A stretch of 36,210 nucleotides of DNA from Collodictyon triciliatum (taxonomy: Eukaryota). Location of the stretch: assembly GCA_043381765.1 (NCBI GenBank), contig JBHJMP010000879.1:1-36210 (forward strand). The letters are read 5' to 3'. Below the pieces are notes generated by a model, which was given only the letters and a program-made list of their open reading frames with translations, made no database searches and had not been told where the DNA came from. Both the position numbers and the translations under genes were made by a program. This document shows, piece by piece, positions 17,366 to 30,687 of this stretch (position 1 is the stretch's first letter; every line of letters begins with the position of its first letter).

Positions 17366-17832
17366 GTGTTTTTATTGCGTTTTTGTTGTGTTTTTGTGTG
17401 TTTTTATTGCGTTTTTGTTGTGTTTTTGTGTGTTTTTGTGTGTTTTTGTGTGTTTTTGTGTGTTTTTGTGTGTTTTTGTGTGTTTTTGTGTGTTTTTGTG
17501 TGTTTTTGTGTGTTTTTGTGTGTTTTTGTGTGTTTTTGTGTGTTTTTGTGTGTTTTTGTGTTTTATTATATTTTACTGCTTATTTATTGATTTTTTATGT
17601 GTTTTTGTGTGTTTTTGTGATTTTTTGTGTGTTTTTGTGTGTTTTTGTGTTTTATTATATTTTACTGCTTATTTATTGCTTTTTTATGTGTTTTATGTGT
17701 TTTATGTGTGTTTATGTGTGTTTTTGTGTGTTTTTGTGTGTTTTTGTGTTTTATTATATTTTACTGCTTATTTATTGCTTTTTTATGTGTGTTTTTGTGT
17801 GTTTTTGTGTGATTTTGTGTGATTTTGTGTGT
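17366..17832. repeat. (TGTTTTTGTG)n 10-mer array with three embedded 29-nt cassettes
   Basis: Directly visible; lies between divergent genes. Confidence 0.95.
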
Positions 17833-18175
17833 ACATATTGCTTTGTTGAGTATTTAATAGTGTTGTCATTGTATTATTGTTTTTATGGCTTATTTAATGT
17901 TTTTTATGTGTTTTTTTTATTGTGTTTGGACTATAGTATTTTCGTGAATTAGAGCATGTTGATTAAAGCATGATCGATAATTTTCCAGATATGCATTACC
18001 GGTTATTATTTCTGGAATTATTGTATTTACTGCGGGTTTGCTTGCGAAAGCAGACTGCTTAAACGCAACAACCAAATAACAGCCAACACTTAAAGTAAGA
18101 TCGCAGGAAGACTTAGACGACGGACAAGCTTAACGAGCAGATCATACCAGCTCAACAAAAACATTATTGGAGAAA

Positions 18176-21100
18176 ATGAATATTCTGAATGAGTAAGTCA
18201 GACTCGTTTCGCCTCTATTTTTCTGCTGTCTAAAGCATTTTGTTGTTATATTTTGCTGTTTTTTTTTTATTTTTTTATTATTAAATGTGATTTTCTGCTT
18301 TTTAATAGTGTAATACTAAGAACAGTCCAAAAAATTGGCTATAATTATAAAAAAAAATTTTTATGAATACGTGAAAAGGGGCGGCGCTGTTGAGGGAAAT
18401 GGAACTATTTTATTAGCAACAGAGGCAGAGGCTTATGCTCAGGAAATCACTCCGCTCTCCATTTCAGATATCCCCGACAAGAGGTCATAATCTTTTTTCT
18501 TTCCCCATTTTTTCTCAAATTGATCAATGATTCCTAATGTCATCACATATAAGAGGCATATACGAAGTTCTTTCTATTCATAAATAACTCTTGGACCTTA
18601 ATGTCTCTTTGCTAATTATGCGATGAAGATGGTTCCGTCAGCACGAATACTTGGAAAAGCTTAATCTTCAAGTAATAATCATGTCCTATTATCATATGAC
18701 TGATATCATAGATCGCTATATTTAAAAAAATGTTGGCAAAATGGGCCCATTCTGTTCTGACAATGCCCAAACATTTAATCAGGCACACATCAACGCCGCC
18801 ACAAGAGGAGACGAGTATGTGATGGAAGCGCTCATAACATATGGGAAGGTTATGTTCCCTTCTCTTCTTTTGAAGTCAAAACAGCTATTCTCTCACATAT
18901 ATACTTTCATATAGTAAAGTAAAAGGAATCGAGTTAATTTTCTACTGATTTGAAACCAATCAACAGTTTCCTGTCATCATTCACGATCTAATTGCAATCG
19001 AATTATGGAAGGAAAATGTTTATCCGCTTGTTAGAAAGGAGTTAGAAGCAAACCCTGTTCGCGGATACTCAATTGTTTGTGTTGGCTCGTGATCACTATT
19101 TTGTTTCCGTATTACATAATCTTAATTATTTTTTTCTTGATTCACACGCTTCGTACATTTATTTCACCAGGTATACCATGAGGCTGTTGTAGCAAATCTG
19201 ATAGAGATATCGTTCTTCCATGAGCAAGCTTGTGTTTCTGCCAGTGACACAATATTAGATTTGGCTGATTGGTGTTATCGAAAAATTCTTCGCCTTCATA
19301 CAGAGTAAGATACATTTAATAATCCAGAAAATTAAATATCATTCACGTTTTCCTAAATTAACTTTCAGGTGCACCTATTTTACACACTAATCGAGAGACA
19401 TTCAAACATATGTATTCTTTAGAGATATAAGAAAATATCATCCGAAAAAACGCAACGCGGAACAGATACTTGGAATTACACCGTCAGACGTAATTATATA
19501 CCCTCTTTTTTCTTTCTTTCGTATTTCATGTGCAATCGTGTATCCCCAAATAAAACTATAAATTTTTGTCATTCTTTCATATACTAGCAAATGGAGGAAC
19601 AGCGACTCAATATTGAGTTTAGTGTGTCTATGAGCGCCATCAGCATTCTCAGGTTACAACCCTCAAACTTTTAATCCTTTTTTTAAACCCAGAAATATGA
19701 AACTGCTTCATATGAATTTTTTTCGTTTCTTAATTAAATGCCTTTTGAACATAGATATTTAAGTGATAACCTTTCTGCTTTACCAGTCGGCGTTGCTACA
19801 CGTTTATTAGTTTCGAATGGTCAGTCTTTTTCATTTAAGTGACCTATCACCAGTGAGCATTTCATTCTAACATAATGGCTTAATAAAAATGAAAGATGTT
19901 ATCGCGTTGTTGGTCCCTCTCTTATGTCAAAGTCCATGGACACATCGTGACTCTGGTACTATTCAAAAATGGGTTGACAATAAATGGACGGCTGTATCAA
20001 AGGTGAGAGAAACGCGACTTCAATTCACTTATATTTGAGATGAAAAAAGGTCTGCGATACCATCCTCTCACCTTTAAATAAAAGAAAATCTTATCATGAC
20101 AAACTCGCAGAGTGACCAGCTTCGAGTGACTCAGATTGAAGCACAAGTTTGGCTCACACTATTTAACTTACTGCTCGGTAAAGAGGGCTTTTCTCGCTAT
20201 GAAATGAATTCCAGTAGAAAGACTACTTTACTTCAGGTCTATATATGACAACAGAAAGGTCTTGCATAAGAACAATTTAGACAATTGAAAAAAATGCACA
20301 TTCATGGGCGCATTGTCACTTTATTGAATTGGTATTATATCTGCGTTGTACCCCACTTTAGTTGCGACCGCTGGTGACTGAGTTGCTGATTGACCAAATT
20401 CCACCATTGCGTGAGTTTTTTTTTTTTTTTTGCCCCACTGAATTGATGGAAATATCAAATGAATGGTAGCATGATTTACAATTGATAGTGGAGATGAAGC
20501 GCTATCTCGAAGAGCTGAGCTTGATGAATGCTCCTCCACCTACTAGAAGCCCATTCATTTTGGAGCAGGTATGAAAGCCTCTTGACAATGGTGAAAATCC
20601 CCTCGTATATGCTTAAGCAAGACGCAGAATTATGATGTTGTTTATTTATCGCTACTCCCGTTCTAAAAGATACTAATGATTATCTCTTTAAAGGTTCCAG
20701 AAATATACGAAAGCATGAAGGAGAGTAACTGGGCTCATCTGGTAGGCATTTGTTCCAAAAAAAAATTTTTTTTTCATGTCATCTCATAATTTATTTGGCC
20801 ATATATCTAATTAAAAATTCAGTTGGCTTTTAATACTTGCATCTTACATAGGCTAAAACATCACTTCCTAAGTTGAAGGCAAACAAGGAGGACGAGCGGA
20901 ATGATTTGAAACGGTATGTGTTACCTCATTATAGTCTTTGTTAGTATTTAGAATCAAATTGAAAGAATTTACATATAACACAAAGACTCCAAACATATAT
21001 TATTGCTACATCAGCCCGCACTCATTCCCAGCATGTAAAAAATGAACAGGCTGGCAGAGCTGTACCACCTAAGCAACCTAGAGGACCTGATGGAGCCACC

Positions 21101-21371
21101 AAAGTGTGCGAATTGTGGTATCCTTGCGTCTCAAAGGTGCTCCCGTTGCCATTTGGAATGGTTTGCATCCGTTCATGCCACATTATCCTTACGTAATATG
21201 TAGATGAAAGGAAATACTGTATGATTAATTAATTCAAAAACATTTGATTGCACCACTAAATTCTCACCTTTTTGTTCACATCTCGTCAGGTACTGCGGTC
21301 GAGAATGCCAAGTGAAGGCATGGAAGGCGCACAAACCGATGTGCGACCTGATATGCGCAAACCCCAAGTGA
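18176..21371 (+). CDS. ZMYND10: Zinc finger MYND domain protein 10 (axonemal dynein assembly factor)
   Basis: Complete phase-consistent GT-AG chain: ILLATEAEAYAQEI...WFRQHEYLEKLNLQAHINA...EALITYGK...HDLIAIELWKENVYP...YHEAVVANLIE...QIEAQVWLTLFNLL...[39 protein letters not shown]. Stop TGA 21369-21371. Confidence 0.96.
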
Positions 21372-21809
21372 TAAACCACGATTCTATAACCTTCGAGAAG
21401 ACTACGATAATACGGCTATGCAGGTGATTCCTACGTCAGTGCACAGAACCCCATGGTGTGCCTCTTGCTCGCAGCGGCTCCGTTTGTGCGAATCGTTCAG
21501 GCAATAGCACATTCTACTCGAATCAAGGTTATGCGCGGGGCGAAAATCGGTACTTGTGCCGTCAAATCTACATTCAGCAATATACTCCACATATAGATGC
21601 CGTTATTTGAATTTGCGCAGCGCTTTTTATGGAAGTGCCACATCCCCATTTCGAGCCACCAACGAAAGCAAAGAAAAAAAAAGATCAACCCAAACAGACC
21701 CCAGCGCAACACAGAGCCTCTTGGGCAAAGTGTAGCCGTACTCCTGATCGCAAAAGAGAACACAGAGAACTAAAAGTAAAAATAAAAAACTATGCCGAAA
21801 AACAGTTAA

Positions 21810-21810
<1 letters not shown>

Positions 21811-21905
<95 letters not shown>
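21811..21905. repeat. (TAA)n microsatellite upstream of the Ubl-CaaX gene
   Basis: Directly visible. Confidence 0.95.
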
Positions 21906-21906
<1 letters not shown>

Positions 21907-22019
21907 GAATAAGAAGAGAATAAAAGGAAAACTGGCGGCGGCCGCTTCTTTAAACTCAACCCCTGTTGTTTATGGCTGCGCTTTGGGTTGCCCATACGCA
22001 GTCTATTCCACGGGCATAG

Positions 22020-22392
22020 ATGCGACCAGGGCCGGCCATCCCTTCTCTTGCACTGGGGCTCGATCTTGCCTCCACAAAAACCGCTTCAAAGGCCACTGGC
22101 GATGCAGGCCGCTTCGACTACGATGCAGCAATGCAGCTTGTGGAGAGGCCAATCACGCTGAAGGTGGATCTAAACGACGGCCGCTCGTTTGTGGGCAAGT
22201 TTCGAGTCGGCGATACTTTTGCGGGCGTGAAAAAGTTTCTGCAGGACAACCACAACATAGACTATGAATCTGTCACGCTGCAGTTTGGGAAGCAGGTTTT
22301 GTACGATCCCCTATCGATAAATGACGTCCCTGACTTGATTGTGGCGAAGGATCCCGTAATCCAAGGCATTCTCCAGGTTCGTTTACTATTAC

Positions 22393-22428
<36 letters not shown>

Positions 22429-23045
22429 GATCCTTCCTTCCTTCCTTCTTTCTTCCCCCTCGTTGTCATCGATTCGGTGAATTGTCCTTTGTTGTCATTA
22501 TAGCTGTCTGTTGAGGAGAGGTGTCAGATTAATAGCATCTTGTTGAATTAGATGAAATGATATTTACTATGCCTCATCAATAATTAGAAAAAAATGAAGG
22601 AGAGAATAGTGATGAGTCCCTTTTTTTCGATATTTTCGCTCTTTAATTTAACATTTATCTATATTGTTGTACAACAAGTTAGAATATGTAATAATCGATT
22701 AATTATCTCAGGGTTTCTCTCTCTCTTCTTTTTATTTTGGGTTCCTGTATTGTCCTGCAAAAAAAAAAAAAAAACCACGGCCAGATAATATAAGTTTGCT
22801 ATCATATCCAGTTACCTGAAGCACCACCACCTGATGCGGCTGATGAGCTGATTCAGTCTGTTCTTAAAGCCCCGATCATGCTGCCGGAGGAGCCACCCAG
22901 ATCCAGAGAGTTTGAGATGGGTGATGAGTGGGCTGTGAAAACATACAAACAGGGAACTCCTGTCGGTAAGAAGAAAGGAAAAAGTAAATATGAAGTTGCC
23001 CCGCTTGATGAACCAAAAAAGACTCGGACATGTCTGCTGCTGTGA
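22020..23045 (+). CDS. Ubiquitin-like-domain protein with polybasic tail and C-terminal CaaX (CLLL); two exons, 22020-22376 and 22812-23045
   Basis: Exon 1 encodes a beta-grasp-like ITLKVDLNDGRSFVGKFRVGDTFAGVKKFLQDNHNIDYESVTLQFGKQVLYDPLSINDV. A phase-0 GT-AG intron follows. Exon 2 is open for 77 codons and ends GKKKGKSKYEVAPLDEPKKTRTCLLL*. Confidence 0.75.
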
Positions 23046-23403
23046 GTATATGGGCCGCTAGCACTCAGAGTCTACCTCTGAAGGTACTCGACCTGATGCC
23101 TCTTCTTGTACCTTATCCATTACCTTCCAAATGAGTGACTTTAACTATTCGAGCTTGGTTTGTATGTCTTAATTTCCATTCCAAATTAATCCCAATCAAC
23201 TAACATCACACCACCTAATTTAATGCTTATTTATTTATTTATTTTAATCCTTTCACACCCCGATTTTGCTCGAAAGGCGGCCAATAATCCACCTGAACAT
23301 CTCTGATTGACTGACAACCTCACCACCGCCCCGGGATTGACACAAATAACACACATCCCCTATGCTTTCTCTCCTCTTTAATTTCGTTTCCGGTTAAAAT
23401 TGC

Positions 23404-23770
23404 NNNNNNNNNNNNNNNNNNNNNNNNNNNNNNNNNNNNNNNNNNNNNNNNNNNNNNNNNNNNNNNNNNNNNNNNNNNNNNNNNNNNNNNNNNNNNNNNN
23501 NNNNNNNNNNNNNNNNNNNNNNNNNNNNNNNNNNNNNNNNNNNNNNNNNNNNNNNNNNNNNNNNNNNNNNNNNNNNNNNNNNNNNNNNNNNNNNNNNNNN
23601 NNNNNNNNNNNNNNNNNNNNNNNNNNNNNNNNNNNNNNNNNNNNNNNNNNNNNNNNNNNNNNNNNNNNNNNNNNNNNNNNNNNNNNNNNNNNNNNNNNNN
23701 NNNNNNNNNNNNNNNNNNNNNNNNNNNNNNNNNNNNNNNNNNNNNNNNNNNNNNNNNNNNNNNNNNNNNN
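23404..23770. other. Assembly gap
   Basis: Run of N. Confidence 1.
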
Positions 23771-23955
23771 TTTTTTTTTTTTTTCTTGTTTTTTGTTTTG
23801 TTTTTTCCATCAGAGTGTTTTCCTTTTCTTTTTTCTATTTTTCGTTCTTCTTTTTCTTCGTCGTCCTTGTCTTACTTTTCTTCATTTTCATTTGCATCCT
23901 TCGTCTACTTCCCCGGCGTAGACGAAGCAAGCAGGGCCACCGCATGAGCAGCCGC

Positions 23956-25778
23956 CTAGTATCCAAAGGCCGCAGTGAGCTCGTCGAGATAGCCAGCTTG
24001 GTTGGAGGAGAAGGTCCCTTCCGAGAGATACTTTCCGGGACGCGGGACGTCGAGGAGGAGAACGGCGCGCGGCTTGTTTGTGTAGTTCCAAGCGGTGTGG
24101 ATGTGCAAGTCGTCAAAGACCATGCACTCGCCTGGCGCCCAAAGCCCAAGGTCGTCCACCACGCAGATGCCCAGCGGCACGGGTAATCTTTCACGCATGT
24201 ATGTGGGCTGCGCCACGCCCGACGAAGCAGGGCCAGCCTCGTATGACAGGTTTTCTGGGATGGCTGGCGGGACCACAAGGCCGAGATGCACGCGAAGGAC
24301 CTGTGTGTGATGCGTTGTGTGTGATGAGTGAGTGAGTGAGTGAGTGAGTGAGTGAGTGAGTGAGTGAGTGAGTGAGTGAGTGAGTGAGTGAGTGAGTGAG
24401 TGAGTGAGTGAGTGAGTGAGTGGGTGGGTGGGTGGGTGAGTGAGAAGGAGAACCTTATCGCTGTAGCCGAAGTAGCCTGAGTGCGGTAAGATGTGAGAAT
24501 CTGGATTTAACACGGAAAAAGCTGCAGTAAGGGCTCCTACTTCCTACAAAAGAATTCACGGATGCTCTTAACACCGGGGTTGTGTTGCAAGCAAAATGAA
24601 CAAAAAAATATATGCTAAAAAATTAAATGGATGGAAAATGGATGGAAGAATAAATATATACATCTATTTGTACGGGTAGGTCACAAAATGAAAATAAAAA
24701 AGGGAGATGCAAAAGGGAGAAACTTCAATAACTGTAAAATGATATAATTCATAGTTGCAAATGCAGAGAAGAGCCACCTCCACTAGTCTTGCTGTTATAG
24801 GGCAGATTTCACAGTTCACAAGATGCTTTTTACCGAATGCATATAAACCAAACACATTCCAGCCTACACCTTCAGTGATTTGCTGTAGATATGATGAATA
24901 AGAAAAAAAATCAGTTTCTTTAATGGAATCATGTAACAATAGAATATTCGTACATTTATTGGCAATGCGAAGCTGTCAGACACGATTCAAAGTTGGTGAG
25001 CGCTGCGATTCGTTTTAAAGTAGCTATATAACAGACGATTAATGTCATGGCATTTACACGTCACCTTGACTTTTGATTCAGGCGCAGGAGTGGTCGAAGA
25101 GGAGCTTGAATCAGTAGGTGTTGCTTTTGTATAGTAAAGCCCTCTTTCTGGCCAAGGGCAGAAATGATGTTCATGTAGTTGCTTATTTGAAAGATAAAGA
25201 TAAAGAAAAAAGAAGCAGTCAGCAACAATATATGAATAATATTGAGCGAGTTTTCTTCGGTAAGGGCTTTAATTTATGAGAAAAAGCAATATAATTGATC
25301 CGAAAGGTTTTTTTGGAACGAGTTTGGTACCACATATTCAATTAATCATAATTAAAATATATAAAAAAAAGAGGAAATATAAGGAAAAGTGACTATAATG
25401 ATAAAGTGACGTTCCACTCCTCCTTTTTTTCTTCTTGTTTGTTTTACTAACCTCAAATTCTTTCAGTATGTCCCGCCAATTCTCCTCCAGTATTTTTGTG
25501 AAGGGAAATTCTTTCTTGTCGTAAAAGCGAGGCGTCTGAAGCTCTTTACTTACGTCATGTTAAGCTTTAGTGAGAAATGCCTTGAAGGGGAAAGTGTATT
25601 GCGGTAGTTACATTATATATTACTACCCTCTAATTTGGAGACTAAACTAAAGATATGAGAAAACGATGAAATATATAATTGTAAAGTCGAACCGGTAAGT
25701 TTACTGATTGACTGTGAAATGGTTTCGTCTCGATCCCCTAATGTTGAAAGGTGCGGATATATATGTTTGTTTTTTCAT
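23956..25778 (-). CDS. Aspartyl/asparaginyl beta-hydroxylase family 2OG-Fe(II) dioxygenase (5' end uncertain)
   Basis: Exons FYDKKEFPFTKILEENWRDILKEFE|...WPERGLY...|GWNVFGLYAFGKKHLVNCEICPITARLVE|...FSVLNPDSHILPHSGYFGYSDK|VLRVHLGLVVP...WAPGECMVFDDLHIHTAWNYTNKPRAVLLLDVPRP. Both metal-binding His motifs and the R-x-H-L-G-L motif are present. Confidence 0.9.
24325..24443. repeat. (GAGT)n microsatellite in the last intron (24301-24453) of the hydroxylase gene
   Basis: Directly visible; flanked by GT/AG on the minus strand. Confidence 0.95.
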
Positions 25779-25889
25779 TGAGACTATCTGAAAGAAGAGG
25801 AAAAGGGGCAATCTTCAAAGCAAAAACTGCAATTACATCTTTAAGGTGAAAAAGCCTTTCTCTTGAAATAAGTGGGCATTCAAAATAGT

Positions 25890-26063
25890 AGAAAAAAAGA
25901 GAAAAGAGAGAGAGAAAAGAGAGAGAGAAAAGAGAGAGAGAAAAGAGAGAGAGAAAAGAGAGAGAGAGAAAANNNNNNNNNNNNNNNNNNNNNNNNNNNN
26001 NNNNNNNNNNNNNGAGAGAGAGAAAAGAGAGAGAGAAAAGAGAGAAAAAGAGAGAAAGAAAAG
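25890..26063. repeat. GA-rich repeat containing a 41-N gap (25973-26013)
   Basis: Directly visible. Confidence 0.9.
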
Positions 26064-26092
26064 GAGTACATGGAGTGAACTGAAAAATTAAC

Positions 26093-29019
<2,927 letters not shown>

Positions 29020-29150
29020 GGCTCCAGAAGCTCCCTGAGGATCGTTTTGGTGTGAGGAGACAGTGATGGGCAACAAGCTTTCCTTTTTTTTCTGTTTAAT
29101 TGTTTTTTTTTTTTTTTTGTTTCTTTCTCGCTTGATAACTGCTTCGAACA

Positions 29151-29468
29151 GAAAACGAAAAACGAAAAACGAAAAATAAAAAATAAAAAAAAACCAAAAT
29201 AAATGAAAAAAAGAAAAAAAGAAAAAAAGAAAAAAAAGAAAAGAAGAAAAAAAGAAATAGAGCAAAACGAAACAAAAGGAAATAAAAGGAAAAGAAAAGG
29301 AAAAGAAAAGGAAAAAGGAAAAAGGAAAAATGAAAAATGAAAAATGAAAAATGAAAAATGAAAAATGAAAAATGAAAAATGAAAAATGAAAAATGAAAAA
29401 TGAAAAATGAAAAATGAAAAAATGAAAAAATGAAAAATAAAATAAAAACAAAATAAAATAAAATAAAT
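29151..29468. repeat. A-rich compound repeat including (GAAAAAT)n upstream of the alkaline phosphatase ATG
   Basis: Directly visible. Confidence 0.9.
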
Positions 29469-30687
29469 GAACGACGAAAAAGAAACGGCAGTGAATGAAA
29501 GTGAGCAACTATGGATCGGCCGCGCTTCTCCCTTCAGAACGATCGCACAAGCGTTGTGGGCAAACAGACTCAAACACACTCGCGCGCGAAACGTACGCCA
29601 CACCAACCAACCATTTTGTTCGACTCAATGCTCATGCAGTTTGATGCTCGGCGTCTTTGACTTTTCATTGTGAGGAAATTGGGTCAACGGATATAAATGC
29701 ATATTTTTTTGTGTCTCTTGTTCAATGTTGGAAACTAAAAAAATATTATTAAAATCAACATAAAATCGACTTCTGCAACGGCATATACATAAATAATGAA
29801 AACACACACCAATGTAATTTACGATATATAGTTGGGTTTCAAATAAAATGCTTGTTGCCAGTATCCTGTCGATATTCATGTCATAGTTAACTATTTTTTT
29901 TTTTTATTGTTGGGAATAGATAAAATGATACGGCGAAACCTATTTTAAGATATCACAGCGGTTGACAGGATGCGACTCTGCTCACCTCCTTTCCTCTTTA
30001 TATATGTTTTCAGAAAATGCAATAAGAATCTAAATCATCGCGCAGTGGCAGCCAACCCCAAATGTTTCTGCCACGGAGAAGAAACCAATTTTTTTTTTTG
30101 GTCAACATTCTTCTGAATACCATGCCAATAAATGCTGGCTTAAATGATACAGCATCATAACAATGACTTGATATGCATTACAACGCTGCAGAACAGAAGA
30201 AAAGTGACCATCCCCATTTTGCTCCATCGAAGTTGGTACATACAGAGAAAACAAGACAAAAAACAAACAAACAACTATCACCAATGATCCAAGCCCAAAT
30301 CAACATACTCATACACACTTGGACTGTATAGAATCCATTTATATTATATCTACTGTTTCCCCCAACCTTTGTCATTGTCCCGCACGGTCCTGCTTCTATT
30401 ATTGATGATGAGTTCTGGGGCGATTGCGCCCGATTGCAGCAAGGAATCCGCCAGGCAATGCAACGTGTCTCATTTTCAATGCCCTAACAGCAAACGCTTA
30501 TTTTCGAGTGGCTCTTTTTCTATCTCCCGACCTCTCTGCTCAACTCTTCTTTTCTAATCTTATCTAGTTGATTGCTTTCGCTTGCCAACCACGAGTTTCC
30601 TGTATGAATGGCCCGGATCACTGCCGTCTGAACAAACCATGATTATCCTCTTTATATGGGCAATGAAGACTCAGTGGACAGCGAGCT

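Noticed and set aside
17366-17832. CRISPR-like or telomere-like array
   Set aside because: Spacers are not unique, there are no cas genes, the context is eukaryotic and internal, and the unit is not a known telomeric repeat.
21372-21760. Moderately GC-rich segment after ZMYND10, a possible small gene or ncRNA
   Set aside because: No convincing ORF, splice chain or recognisable RNA motif; probably UTR or promoter.
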